Source: Felis catus
Lineage: Eukaryota
Length of the DNA stretch: 64,000 nt
NCBI RefSeq assembly: GCF_018350175.1
Contig: NC_058368.1
Coordinates: forward strand, 82,028,001 to 82,092,000
Direction of reading: 5' to 3'
Made by a program: the position numbers and the translations under genes. Position 1 is the stretch's first letter. The number at the start of each line of letters is the position of its first letter. This document shows, piece after piece, positions 27,351 through 41,115 of the stretch. Under the pieces are notes generated by a model, which saw only the letters and a program-made list of their open reading frames with translations, was not told the DNA's origin and made no database searches.

Positions 27351-30300
27351 TCTGCGGCATCTAATCTGCCCGTAGTGCCATCTGGTGAAAGTTTCATCCC
27401 ATGCATTGTTTTTCTCTCTAGGGGCTCAATTTGAACCTTCTCAGTATCTTTCCCATCACTACGTAACTTCTGGACAGAGGGGATACAGTTATAATAGCTG
27501 TTTCCGTGTGTCTGTCTTCCAGTTCTTTCCTGTCGGCTTCTGGCTGCATTCGACTGCTTTTTCTCCCCTTTAGGTGTTGTGTTTTTCTACTTCATCGCAC
27601 ATCTGATAATCTTTGATTGACTGTCACACAGTGTGAATCTTGATTTGTGGGTAGATGTTTTTGTATTTCTATAAATATAAATATTCTTGTATTTCTATAA
27701 TATTCTATAAACATTCTGGACATATTAGATTATTTGAAAACCTTTTGATCTTTTAGAGTCCTATTTTTAAGATTTGTTAGGCAAGACTAGAACAGTATTT
27801 TGTCCAGGGCTCATCGCCCCACAACTGAGTATTCAGGGCCCAGTGTCTTAATGGCTTTCCAGTCTGGCTCGTAGGAAGGTGCTATTCCAGGTCCCGTGTG
27901 GGCACCAGACCCTGTTGTCCCTTTCCCTGTCCTTAGCAGTTTGCTCACACACAGGTGGCGAGTCCTTGAGGGGGACCCTTAACCTCTCCTTGCTCATGTC
28001 CATGCCCTCTGTGGCCACACGTCTTCCCTGTAGACCTTTGTCTCGGAGACTCGAGCCTCAGCTCCCGGCCCCCTCTCCACGGCCTGGAAACAGGGACATA
28101 GGAAGGGAGCGTCTGAGCTCGTTTCCCTCCCAGAGGTCACTGTCATTCACAGCCCAATGTGCGATGCTTCGCAGACTGCTATTTCACACGTTTTGTGTGA
28201 CATTTGGTTAATTCAGGCAGAAAGGCTAGTCTAGTCCCCTTATTTCATCTTGGCCAGAAGCAGGAGTCCTGTCAGGTGTCTGAACTCTCATAGGTTTATT
28301 AGTTTAATAAACTGCTATATCTTGCAGCCAGGTTTCTTTATTCTTCTCTTCCTGGAGATTTGACCATCTGGGATCGATTGCCTGTCATCTTTCATAGAAT
28401 GACTTTGCCATACCTTTTACCCAGCAGTGTAGTTCATAACAGTCGCCGCATGTGTTACCATGAATGAACAGTGTGGTTTATAACCGTCACTGCACGTGTT
28501 ATTATAAACACTAGTTCCAGGTGCCCTGGGTGTCTGTGTGCATCTTGACACCCTGAGGGCTGGGGGTGCTTACCCCCAAAATGGAATCTCACATTCCATG
28601 GGGCATCCCAGGAGGCAGGGGCGGCGGGGAGGCAGGGGCGCAGGCCGGCTCCTGGCCACTCACAGAGAGGTACCCGGTTTCAGGTACCTCTCTGGGGAAT
28701 GAGCTGCTCAGATCTTTTGGAAGCAAACGGGGTAGAAATAGTAAGTGACATCATTGTGTAGTTATTGAATGTTTGCCTTATCCTGATCTTGTGATAAAGC
28801 AGTCAGTGCATTTACCTGGTGTTTCAAAGTACAGTTGCAGTTTTTGCTGAGGTGGTGTGGTATATACTTCGCGAAGAATTTTGTGTGAAAGTGACAGTTC
28901 TCACCAAAGTATGAAAGTTTTTTTAGGTTTTTGTGTGGTTTTTTTGAGGAAGTTTTCAGGATGATTTGAGGGAGAAGCTTTTACGTTTTGATATTGATTA
29001 GTCTTCCCAAAGTGGGGTCTCTTCTCCCCCCATCAAGGCATCCCTTACCACGTGGACACTTTAGGAGGCCTCCCTGGAGGAGAAATTAGCTCCCGTGTGT
29101 CTGCTACAGTCCACCTGTTGTTTCTCTGTAGGAGGGAGGTTCAAAGTGTGGTGAGAGGAGAGTCTGCACAAACGTATGCCCTGTCCACACTTTCCTCCGA
29201 CAGAGCTAAGGCGAGGAGACTTTCAATGCCCAGATCTTTTTAGTCTGTTTTTAAAGATCTGAGTTTAGGTCTGGAATTAACACCTGCGGAAGAAAGTTTA
29301 TCTTGTGTGTCTCCTGCCTATACGTTTTAGTCCTGTTTGCCAGCATAGTGGACAACAGATAACTGAAGTCTGCATTTTCGACAAGGGTTTCAGGGAAAGG
29401 GCTAAGTGCTGATTTCAGGCACTTTTGATGCCCAGAAACAAAGCCATCATGGGAGACTTACTGTTCTGAGGAAAGCCATGCTATCCTGAGTCACGGACTA
29501 AGGTCTCCGAAGTCCTCCTGCTTGGTGATGATTTAGTGAAGGGGAATGTGGGGTTAGGTGTTGAGTGTGTTAATAAGATGGCTCAAACTGATCAGACTGA
29601 TTGAAAAGGCCCGGAAAGTAGTAGACACATATAAACATGTTATTTGATGGACCGATTCGAGAAACTAACAAATTAATCAACAGTGAGCTCCATACAGAAG
29701 TTGCTCAAAAACAGAGGTGAATATCCAAACTCAAATCTATTCAGCTTAATAGAAAGGATTTCATAAATCAGCAGTTCTGAGCACTCAGTGGGATTAGTCG
29801 TCTGTGTTCAGGAGTTGACTGTGAACATCTGGGAACTGGGAGTCAGGGTCGGTACTGCAGCCCACGCTGCCCATGTTGGCCATAAAGCCCCCATCCAGGT
29901 GACTTCCGATCCCTCTCAAACATACTCTCTCACTCAGATCTGAGCTCTAATTTAATTTCTGCATCGTTCTGTACTCGTTTCCTACGGGCAAGAACCCCAT
30001 TAGTGCTTTCTTCCGAGCGGTGAGTTCATGACCTTTCAGTGGGCCCACGATTGAGTAGGGTCCTCCTTCAAGACCAAGTATCACTTACAGAGGGGACATA
30101 GCTGCCCCCCACCCGGAACTGTGCATGTGTGCCAGGAGAGCACTGTGCCGGCCTCCGGCTGTCAAGTGTGAGCTCTGGCGTGGCCCCGGCCTGTGCGCCT
30201 CTCTCTGTAAGGTTGGCCCAGGTGTGATTTTCCCCAGGGCTGGGGGCTGGCTCTCATTTTCCCTTCATCTACATAAATACGTGCTCCTAGTATCTGCCTG

Positions 30301-32757
30301 CTTTTCTCTTTTACGATTTCTCACACTACGGTACCCTCCACTCCTTTTTCTGTCTGGTCTCAGCTTTGGCCTTCGAGGCTTTCATGAAACAGATCGTCTT
30401 CCAGGACCGTGTGCTCTCATTTCATTGCTCCCGTGCGTTCCCCCCACCCCACGGCTCTCTTTAATGTCCTGTTGGATATTCCACACTCAGGGCCAAGTAT
30501 GTTGGGGGCTGCAGCTCCACCCTGCACAGGGACCGGTGTCTGACCTGCCGTATGCCCATCTGTCTGGCTTCAGTGCACTTGTCTGTCCCAACACAGACGA
30601 CAACCTGGAGAGGGCTTGGGTGTGGAGGCCTGGCAGACTTAGATTACAGAGCTGTGCCTGGGCAGTTCGGACAGGCGGCTTCCGCCATGGCTGAGTGAAA
30701 GCGAGGAAGACGCTAACACAGGGCTTCTCCCCCTCCTGTCATCCTTGGATTAGCTGAATTCCTTCTGTCTGCTGTGCCTCTTACACATGTGAGGGGTAAC
30801 GTGAAACACACCGTACCGTTGGACTCCCAATTCACACCCCACAGCGGGCACTTCTGCACCCCAAAGCAGGACTCTGTCTCCAGCACTTCTTTTGGGGAGG
30901 GGGTTTGTATGTTGTGGTGCTCCTGTAACTGACAGAAGAGTCAGCCAGGGGCCCTGCTGGGCCGCACTCTCTCTTCCAGTGAGGGTGCCTGTAACATGAA
31001 GACACCAGCAGTGACTCAGCAAAAGACACGGAGAAAGGACAGCACCCACAGCAAACCTGTCTACGCCAGGGTTTGGCTGGAGCTTGTAACAGGCCCCCGG
31101 GTTCTGTTTTAAGAAAAGATCTTAAGTGTGCTTCATGTAAATAGTAAATATGTGCCAAAGAGGACATAGATGAGAAAAGGTGTTGTAAAATCAACAGTGA
31201 CAGCATGTCACAACTGGGGTAAGATTGTTTTGAGGACACTGACTCCTCCTTCAGGAATGAGAGCAGGCAAAGTGGTTCCGTGAGGGAGATGTTCCGTGAG
31301 GGACACGTACTACCAAGCTCATCTTGATTTTTACCAAAGAAAATACGTTTTCTTCATGTATTGCATCAAAATCGTTTCATAATAATTATGCTTATGGATC
31401 TCCCAATAATTAAGTTACTGGAGCAAAAGCATTTGTCAGCAGGTTATTTTGGGTTTTCAGAAACACAAGGATAGATCTTTGAAGTATAAAGATAGGACTA
31501 CAAAGGGAAGGAATTACAGGGTTTGAGAAAGAAATTCGGGGCTTTTAACAGTGTAGATGAGCCCTTATTTGTAGACCAAGGCAGCACGTAGGGGAATGCC
31601 GTATTGTGCTGTTGCACTGATAACAAACTTGCTAAAAAACAAGTTATAATTTTTAATATCTTCATTCCGTGTTCCCTTTTGACCTTTGTGAATGTGCATG
31701 TTTTATACAGTAGTGATTACTGTATTTATTTAATTTATGTTAATAGGTAGCAATCTTATAATCCTAAACATGGGAACTATTAATATTTACAAGTCTTGCT
31801 ACAACAAATAGCTTTATAAAAACTTAAGTTACCTATTTCCTCAGGAATATAGTATTTGATTTAAATTCAGATTCTGAAGTGTTTCCCCCATATTTTTTTA
31901 GATGATTCAAAACTAGTCAGTAGAAAAAACGACACTTCTGTTTTTAGTATCTCACTTGGATTGAATGAGATGCTGGTTTTGTACATGAAATTGGAAAAGA
32001 AATGTTATTAGAACCAGTGAGAATATGCAAACATTATTTTTTGATGTGGATAAAGATATTTTAAGAAAAATGTTTCTGCTTAAAAAACTTGTTTCTTCAT
32101 TAACTTAAGACAAGCCTAAATAAATTACACATGCAGCCTGCAGAAAAATATATAGGAAACAAGTACAGTGTAGCCGGTGTGGCCTGGGCACTCAGGAGCG
32201 TCCTCACTGTGCTACAGGCAGAAACTGCCCTGATGCTCGCCCACCTGTGTGGAAGGTGGTCACTGAGGGTCCGGAGCAGTGATTTCCTGACGTGGTTGCA
32301 TGTTATAATCATCAAGGTAAACTCATCCACCTTTCCAGTGTCTTCCACCTCAGATGAATGTATGGGAACATCCAGATCTGTTTTAAAGTCCCCGGGTAAG
32401 AGTGGTGAGTGGCCAGGTTTAGAGACTGCTGCACTAGAAAAAAAATAGGGCATTGTAGATGCTCAGATGTGTGCAGGGACGCCGCGGGGTCCCAGGTGTC
32501 ATGGGCTGACATAGGTGTGCCGTCCAATCTGTGCTCGGTATTAGCTGTTGTTACCTTTTTTACCAGACCCTTCCTGGATTCCAGTATTCTGACAATAATC
32601 ACCCTGAACTTAAACATAACAGTTTATTTGTAGTTTTTGTAAGTATGAAGGGGGTGCTTGTCTGTTATGATTGTGATTTTATTTACATACACAGGTCTTT
32701 TTAAAGAACGAATTTGTCATTCATGGTGAATAATTCACTTGTTCCTTTTGTTTTTAG

Positions 32758-32861
32758 GCTGTCGAAAATCTCTGTTCTCACAAAGTCTCCCCAACACTCT
32801 ACAAACAGCTGCGCCAGGTCTGTGAAGATCATGTCCAAGCACAGATCCTTCAGTTTAGAGA
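32758..32861 (+). CDS. CUL4A: CUL4A coding exon 3 (AT donor)
   Basis: tttttag|GCT GTC GAA...AGA GA|atatcctt; [34 protein letters not shown](E); 104 nt. Confidence 0.95.
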
Positions 32862-33185
32862 ATATCCTTTTTTTGGCTCATGAGTTTCTATGCATTACCT
32901 AAATCTCTTGAGGCTGAACATTAATAGGATAAAGATGTAGTGACTGTTGTTAGTATTAAAACAACAGCTTTCAAAATTCCCATTTATTTATAAAACAAAA
33001 CCTAACATTTGTTTCACGTGACCTAATATAACAGATTTTTTTAAGTGGAATTTTTATTATTTACATTATTTATCTGATTAAAGCAAAAGAGTGTCCATTT
33101 ATTGGGTGTGGTTGAAGTGTTTAGGAAGACTTCTGAGAAATGTCTTAATTCTATTCTGCTGTCCTTCATTCTTGTGAAAAACCAT

Positions 33186-33632
33186 CTATATTAGTTATCT
33201 CTGATGTATAACAAATTTCCCGCAGACTTGGCGACATAAACAAGCACCCGTTTGTAGGCTCACGGTTGTGTGGGTAGGGAGTCCCAGCTCGGTTCAGTGG
33301 GTTCTCAGCTCAGGGTGTCACTGGCTGAAACCACGGGCTGGCCGGTCTAGGTTTTCCCACAGACCGCCATCCAGGCAGAACTCCTGTCCCTCTGTTGCAG
33401 GACTGATGTCGCTCTCAGCCCCTGGAGGCTGCCCTTGGTTTTTTGCTTCAAGGCCTCTTCTTTGACAGCATGGTTAGTTGCTGCTTCTGAGCCAACAGAA
33501 GAATGCCCCTCTCTGGTCTGCTGAGACAGAGTCTTCTGAGATATAACCCACCGTATTCCCAGCCCGCCCACCAGTCAAGAGAGGGCAGTCTAGGCAAGTA
33601 GGTGGCCGGGCATCTTCGAGTTTTGCCAGCAC
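33186..33632 (-). mobile_element. MaLR (MLT1-like) solo LTR
   Basis: tattagttatct...tataacaaatttccc...ctcacggttgtgtgggtagggagtcc...gcaggactgatgtc resembles antisense MLT1. Confidence 0.55.
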
Positions 33633-34327
33633 ACCACGCAGGACCAGTGTCTGCCAGGGAGACGGGGCTCCTTACATCCTATCAACAGTCTGGCATCGGC
33701 CCAGTGCTCCAGCCCACCCCCACCCCTTTATTAGTCTCGTTGGGAGGGAACTAGGAAGTGGGTTTAATATTACAGACACCTGCTTGTGACTGCACTTTTC
33801 CAGGTCTCTTTCTTAATTTGCAAAAGTAGGTAGTTGGAGCCTACTCATTTCTAACTCTTGTTCTAGCTGAAGGAGTCCTTTCTGTCCCATCACCTTTCCC
33901 TTGAGAAACTAAAGCATTCAGAGTTTGCTAAAATCTCTCAGGGCAGCTGCCACAGCTCTGTCACCTGCTGTCGAAGCTCTGGATTATCCATGGCAATGAA
34001 GCCCACATGGCCTAGAGCAAGGGGGTCTTCCCGTAAATGGGTGAGCAGAGTCCATTCTGGTTCTATTGTATTGGCATCTGTAACTGCACCTGTGCAGAAT
34101 ATTCTGGCAGAGCTCAGAAATCATGAGTCCATTCGAGACAAAGGTGACCATACCATTGGACCTTTGGAAGATGGCCAGTAGGCACCACGTCTCTGAGGCA
34201 TCCTCTGAGGACACACAGAGGCTCCTCTCCTACCTCAGTGCCACAGCACAGGATTCTCAGAGGCTGGGTGATGGATCCAGGAGCCCATCTGAGATGCTGA
34301 CTTCTGAAAAGGAGCCTGACTCCCAGG

Positions 34328-34453
34328 CTTCCCAGAAGTCAGCAGATTCCCAGGTGTCCTCTCCTGGGCCTACACATGTTAGGCTGAACTTCCCAGAAGT
34401 CACCAGCAGATTCCCAGGTGTCCTCTCTGAGACAGGCACATGTTAGGGTGAAC
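34328..34453. repeat. Two-copy tandem duplication of about 62 bp
   Basis: cttcccagaagtca..cagattcccaggtgtcctctc...cacatgttagg.tgaac occurs twice. Confidence 0.88.
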
Positions 34454-37400
34454 TGCTGTGATTGTTCCTAACCCAGCTGTCCCAGGTTACTCAAGACTAC
34501 TTCATGATTACCTGATCAAACTATCCTCCTGCCAGTTAATCCTACCTTGTGGGTTACAAGAATGTGTTCATTAATTCAGTCATTCAGCAGGGACCTCCTT
34601 CCTGTCCAGACCTCTATCCGACAGTAGGAAATGATGGCATCGCCTCCATTCTGCCCTCCCAGTAGTCCTGGTGATGAGATAGAAGCGGGGGGCAGGGTCG
34701 TTGCATTTCCTTGATGCGACAAAACCATGTTTCTAGAAACTACGATGTATTTCATTAAAGAAGAAAGATGAAAAGATACTCTGCCATATGAATTGTCATT
34801 GGTGTGAGGCATCTTGAGTTCCAAGATATTAAGTTATTAGAATCAGGGACAGGAACTGCAGTGCAGGAAGCAGCTGGGGCAGAGCTTTCCAGAGGAGGGG
34901 ACACTGGAGTCCCATCATGGAGGACCAGTGGGGTGTGGCCAGCCAGAGGGAATGAGCCATCGGAGAGGGGCGCTTGTGGGGCGCTGTGGGACAAGGCCAG
35001 AACCTGGGCACACTGGTGGAATTTGAGGCCGTAATTCTGAGTTGCAGCTTGGGTTTGAATCTTTGTGCACACTCTGAAAGGTCTGGACTTAAGTGCACAT
35101 CTGAGGGCCCCTGCAGGTATTTGAAGCAAGAATCCAGTGCAGTTGTATCATGTTTGGCAGTGATACAGGCAGGATGAGACTGGTGACAAGGTGGGCCAGA
35201 GGTAGCACTTCCTTATTTCAGAGAAGGGGGCGGGGCAGGGCTGGAAACAGGAGTGAAGTAGGTTCTGGCCCTTTAGAGCTTAAACCCCAGGGAGACTGAC
35301 GAGGGCATAAAGGTAGGCATTTATGTCAGGGTGGTGGGAGTTTTTAAAGGCTCGGATAAGCCCCTGGGGTGTAAGGAAAGGGCAGTCAGGCGCGTGCCCG
35401 CCCCCAGGAGGGGCTGTGTGCAGGGGGAGGGGTGGCTGATGGGGGACACAATCCTGCCCTCAGAGCTCATTTTGCTGAAAGGGTGGGTAGCCTCGCCAGA
35501 CTTCAAGGGGTCGAGCAGCAGAGCTGTTGCAGATGCCCAGGCCCTCAAGGCAGGAGTACTCCAGGGAGAGCATGCTGGGGTGTCTCTGGTCTCTGGGATG
35601 TTCCTGTAGTTTGTATGTGGCTGCTTTCTAAGGTCCAAGGACTGCTTCCTCCGCTGTACTGGCCGCATGCTGCTGGTGAGGACAATGGAAGGAGTGCTCA
35701 GGGAGGCCAGGAGGCCCCTGGTAGACAGGCGGTAAAGGACTCCTATGGAATTGAGTCAGCTACTGTGATTTTCTTACACTACTGACTCTGTTCTTTCATT
35801 CATGTGTTTGGATTCTACACTTACCTGCTCCTTTCGAAATAAGTTCCCTGCTATTGATGATAGGCCTTTCCCCACGACCATGGCTTCCTGCACATGCACG
35901 CCTCAACAAAAAGCAGCGCATGCCGAACGCGGCATCACTCAGTGCAGAAAGGAGGCTGCGCCACGCACCCAGGCTCAGTTCAAAAGCTCCTCTTCTATGA
36001 CAGCAACCGGCTCTCAGTGGAATCTGAGCCGGCCAGCACCTGTGCACAGAACTCACTCTTCCCACCCCCAACTCAGCTCTAGGGCATCGCCACTGTGGTG
36101 AACCGCAGAAGGGCCAGCCTGCCAGCCTGCAGCATCTGTGTGGAGTCCCACATAACAGCAGCATGGTCCACGCGGCAGAAGGACAGAGGTGACCGGCGTG
36201 TTCACGATTTCCTGTGTCTTCCTATTCCGTAGATGACGGCAGGCTTTGGGCTTCTTTACGAAGACCCTCCGTGAGCAGCGTGTAGCCCGCGTGTACATGT
36301 GGAGCGCCGGTAGCAGGCTGGGTTTGTGTGTCTACACGGCGCGGCCCTTGGTTAGTGCTGCGGCTCAGAGGTGAACGTGACAGGCTTCCTGCCTCTGTGG
36401 ACTTTGTAGGCTAATGAGGGAGGCAATAATTCAATCGTCCAAACCGTGAACTGTGACAAATGTTGTGGCAGAAAATGTCCTCTGCGGTCATAGCAGGCAG
36501 ACCTGATTGAGGTGAGGGGTGTCAGGTGGTGGGCCGGGGTGAGGGCAGCTTGTCCTTCTGCACACTCTGCTGGGGTAGGAGAGTGGGGTAACCCAGCTTA
36601 GCGTGGGCGAAAAGAGAACCAGTCACTCTTCTACTTGGCGTGGGCGCTGTCTTTTGGATTTCTTCCTTCTTGTTGAATCCTTGTAGTCACGGGCACGTGT
36701 ATTCGCACTTTGCCACGGGGTATTCCGTGTTTGCTGTTTGACACCTGACTGACCCCTCTCAGTACACTGCTTAAAACCTTAGCTAGGCCTGGCCCTTCTC
36801 CAGACAGGAGGGGACAGTGTTGGGAGCCTATGATGACAGGCGGTATGTCTTAACGCCCCGAGGGTGCTCATGTGAGGCTCTGGGCTTTGGTATGTAGAGG
36901 GCTGGAACTCGGTGCATGCCGGCCTTACCGTTTCGTACTGTTTTCCATGCGAAACAACCGCAAGTGACGGCTTCACCTGGCTAATTGAGGAGAAGCATCT
37001 CTTGTAGTAAGCCCTACACGCAGGGCCGCTCCCTCCCAAGGAAGCCCTGTGCCGGGCCGAGTGCTGCTTGCTCGCTTTTGGTGCCCGCACCATCCGGCGG
37101 TGTGGGACTGGCTAGTGGGAGTCTCACCCCGGGCAGCCCCACCTTCCGACAGAGCCTGGCCCCCCAGCTGATGCAGACTGCCCTGGAGACCTGCCAGGGT
37201 GTCAGCAATTGGCTTGTGTCCAGCACCGGGTGCCAGAGCTGCTGGGTCCCTGCTACATGTGCTTGTGACTTACTCTTCATTTTTTTAGACTGTCTGTGTC
37301 AGGTTCTCATATTGTAGGCCACTGTAAATTTGAGCAGTCATAAAAGATTTCTTCCGGAATAACATGTTAACCATTGAACGACTAGGTTTTTGCTAGGATT

Positions 37401-38403
37401 TACTATTTGTGATTTATTAGCAAAGCCCCAGGAGAAAATAAGATGTGTGGCCAGGACCACTGTGGCTGAGGTCAGCTCTCCTTACTTGGATGACAAGGAT
37501 GCACGTGTGCCCGTCAGTTCCTTACAGCTTCCCGATCTTCTGTCCTCTTTCCAAAGTCCTGGTTGTGTCCTCCCCTCCACTGGCTCCCCTCGCTCCATCA
37601 GACCGCCTTGCCGACTGAAGACTCTGACACCTGTCTGATTTCACAGCTCACACCCTGGCCCATGCGCTGCTTCTGTACGTGCTGTGGATTTTACATGTAA
37701 CCTCACACCAGTTCTGAAGAAACCGAGGTCAAGGGAAGTTCATTGCTGGCCCAGGGTCCTGGAGCTGGGACTGTACAGAGGGAGCAGCATGTGTATCGTG
37801 CGGTTGGGGAAACTGGAGGCGCACAAACTTGGGGAGTTTTGTAAGCCATGGGCAGCATGTAGATGTTTATGACAATGACTTTGCCCAAACCTGTGAAGGC
37901 CGTGCTGGATGCATTTGGCTGTAGTTTGCTCTAGGAGTCCGTGTTGGAGTTTTCTTTTTTCTATAAGCAGTATGTTGAGCCTTCTTAAAAAACACATTCT
38001 AATTATCGAGGTGAGAGTGTTCTAATTTGGTGCATGAATGAGACTTCATATTGGTTCTCATTGAGAATATAGGTTAAAGTTAAACCTCAGCCACCTCCCT
38101 CCAACTGCCTGTTCCCTGGTGCTATTAATAGTCGACCTGCTTTGTCACTACTGGAACAGTGCAGGTTGGGGTCTGTCCCCACCACCCTTTGCAGGATAGG
38201 CCCTTAGGTCCAGCCACCCAGATTCATGAAGCCTGTGACCTGGTGGTTAATTCAGCCAGCAGGGCTCTACAAGGAACCTGGCCATAACAGCAACGAGGGG
38301 AACGGGAAAGTTGGGGTTGTGGCTGGAGGCTCATCACAAATTGGGAACACGGTTCAGCGATGCAGAAAACCTGCACCTGTGGTCCCTCAGTCCTTCAGTA
38401 TTC

Positions 38404-38574
38404 TTTTTTTTTTTTTTAAGTTTGTTTATTTTTGGAGAGGGAGAGAGAGAATCCCAAGCAGGCTCTGCACAGTCAGCCCAAAGCCCCATGCAGGGCTCGA
38501 TCTTACAAACCATGAGATCATGACCTGAGCCGAAGTCGAGTCGGACACTCAACCGACTAAGTCACACACGCCCC
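38404..38574 (-). mobile_element. CAN-SINE about 100 nt upstream of the CUL4A U12 branch site
   Basis: Poly-T then antisense SINE body; imperfect TSD ccttc(a/t)gtattct. Confidence 0.88.
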
Positions 38575-38695
38575 TGGTCCTTCTGTATTCTGACAACAAA
38601 ATGATGTGTAGATTCTGTGTCAAGAGCTGCAGTTATGGGGTTAAAGCTGTAATAATTGGCCAGCATTTCTAAAGTTTTCCTTAGCAGGTCTGCAC

Positions 38696-38765
38696 AGACT
38701 CACTAGATAGTGTTTTATTTTTAAAGAAGATTAACACATGCTGGCAAGATCATTGCAGACAAATG
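38696..38765 (+). CDS. CUL4A: CUL4A coding exon 4 (AC acceptor)
   Basis: ctgcac|A GAC TCA...CAA ATG|gtaagc; [23 protein letters not shown]; 70 nt. Confidence 0.94.
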
Positions 38766-39918
38766 GTAAGCGTATTGACTTTTCTGTTAACCCTGGTTTT
38801 AAGGACAGTGTGCTGTCCCATAATCTCCATAATCTTCATCGGTAGAGCCCAGTGTCTGGTCTCACCAACACACTTCCTCTTGGTCCTGTTCACCCTCTGC
38901 TGTAGCTAAGCAGGAAGGGGATTGGGTAGCTGGGAGGGTGTGCCCCTTTCAGTCCAGCTGTCTTTTTTTCTCCCCCCCCTTTCTAACCAAAGATGGCCTC
39001 GTCCATCTTCCCTCACCCATCTGAGGACAGTGTGGGCCAGACTGTGGGCCGAGATAGGGAAGTGCTGTTTGGGATTCTGTTTTGGGTCAGATGCTGCCAT
39101 CCAGCTCAACATAGTAGGACAACAGGGCAGGGAAAAGCTGCCTGTGTGAATGGCTGCATTTCTGGATTGGGGCCAGCTGCTAATTTGACCTTCAAACCCA
39201 CCTGACAGCCCACAGTACCTGAGCTGATTCCTGAATGGGTCTCTAAAGTTTTTCTTAATCCCACTTTATGCCTGATAATCAAGCCTGACTTCCAGGTTTT
39301 TACTGTAACTGGACAGCCAAAGTCTTAGACTTTGCAGATGTATTGATTCTGATCTGTTTTTATGCATGTGAGTTTTTAGCATGACCTGGCTGTGGGGGAA
39401 AACATGGTAGTAGTACCTTTCCTAATAAGGAGGTGAGTAGGGGACAATGAATGAACCTCTTTTCCAGGCCAGGCACCTGGTACATGGTCAGAATAGATAA
39501 ACGTCTGTTAGGAAGGCTATGTTAGGAGAATCACAAGGTTCCTGGTGGTCCTGTGTCATCTTCACTCGGCTTGCAAAAGAGAGTCAAACATGGGGCCAAG
39601 AGCCTCATGCCGATGTGACAAGGACTAATTATTTAAAAAGCTTAGAGCATCTCTTCAGGTTTGTGAGGTTTACCACATCAGGCAGGAAGTGACCAGATTT
39701 CCCTTATAGTCAGATTTTCTGGACAAAAGAGATGAAAATCAAACACCAAAGGAGCAATTAAATTTGGGGAAAAAATCAATCATGAAGGTCTTGGTGGGGA
39801 GAATCCTCAAGAAACAATTACTGTAAGATTTGAGACAGCTACCAGTTACAGTTCAGAAGGCCTACTCTTGGATATTTAGTTAGTAAGTTACATAAATAAA
39901 TGCTTTTCTAATTGCCAG

Positions 39919-39992
39919 ATCATGATCAGAAGTATTTTCCTGTTTTTGGACCGCACTTACGTACTGCAGAATTCCATGCTTCCTTCTATCTG
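39919..39992 (+). CDS. CUL4A: CUL4A coding exon 5
   Basis: tgccag|ATC ATG...ATC TG|gtgagt; [24 protein letters not shown](W); 74 nt. Confidence 0.96.
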
Positions 39993-40989
39993 GTGAGTGT
40001 CCTGGTCAGTAGGGCCGTGTCTGTGCTCCTTCATGTCAGCCAGAATCACTAGCGCACCTGTCCAGGCCCAGGCGTACCTTAGCCCCGGAGTGAGGGGGCC
40101 GAGCCGGGCCGGCCACGCCCAGGAGGAGCCCCTTGGGGCACCCTGACCAGCTTGCAGTGAGTGTCACAGTACAGGTGGCGGGCAAACACAGCCAGACTGC
40201 GGGAAGCCACATTTCTGTCCCTGGGCGCTGCACGCCAGGGCCATCTGGAACCAAGGGCACACGGTTCACCTCGGCTGGGACGGAGAGGCCCAGGCGCTCA
40301 CTGACTCCAGCAGCTGCCCTGCTCTGAGAAGACCGAGGCTGGTGAGGTCATGGCCCGGGGCCCTGAAGTCCCCCACAGCTCCCCATCCGGCTGACCGACC
40401 ACAGATACGGAGACCTCGTTTCAGTCTGCTCGTCAATCACACAGCATCTTTCAGGGACTCCCCGCCCTGTGGCTCTGGGTGCTCGTCACTGACTTCCACA
40501 CCCTGTTGCTGATGCCATTCGCCACTCCACCTGCCCCTGAGGCTCCCGCTCCTGCCTCCTGATCAGACTTGTCCCTGGTGTCGCCCTCGGCTTCTTCCCG
40601 GTCTCTGTTGGCATAGAAGCCCATTCTCCCATTCCCTTTAAACCCAAGTTCTTTAACAAGGTGCTTTCTTTTCAGTTTTCTCTGCGTCTGTTTCCTCTGA
40701 CCCGAGGCACGGACACCGCCCTTTCTGAGGTGTCCGTGACCCCTGCTTACTAGACCCACGGACACTTTTTGTCTTTATTTCATGTTCCCGCCCATCTGTG
40801 CAGCTTTGGACACTCCTGGTTGGATGTCTGTCCATCCTCAGCACCACTTTGCTCCTCATTCTCTTACTGGCGTCTGCACCTGCACTGTGCTAGGCTTCCG
40901 TACGCGGCTGCAGAAAGGGTAGCCTTTGTTCATAGAAACAGCAAGCATGTAACTGAAGATAACGGAAGGTCACGTGGTTGCTACTCTAC

Positions 40990-41115
40990 AAAGCACTGTT
41001 CTAAGAGGTTTGGCACCTGCTCCTTTAGTCTGTGGTACAGCTCTGCAGGGGATGACCATTATCGCCTCCACTCTACAGACGGAGAAACTGAGGCAGAGTG
41101 CTCCCAGCTTGTGGG
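40990..41115 (-). mobile_element. MIR SINE fragment
   Basis: tacagacggagaaactgaggcagag is the antisense MIR core. Confidence 0.6.

Larger units (their letters stand above)
32862..38695 (+). other. CUL4A: U12-type (minor spliceosome) AT-AC intron, CUL4A intron 3
   Basis: Consensus 5' end ATATCCTTT at 32862; branch-like TTCCTTAGC at 38677-38685; terminal AC at 38694-38695; junction GA|A GAC gives R-E-D-S-L-D. Confidence 0.93.

Noticed and set aside
30125..30694. 189-aa ORF in CUL4A intron 2 (and 56486-57043 in intron 15)
   Set aside because: No recognisable homology or coding-like composition; a length expected by chance in GC-rich intron.
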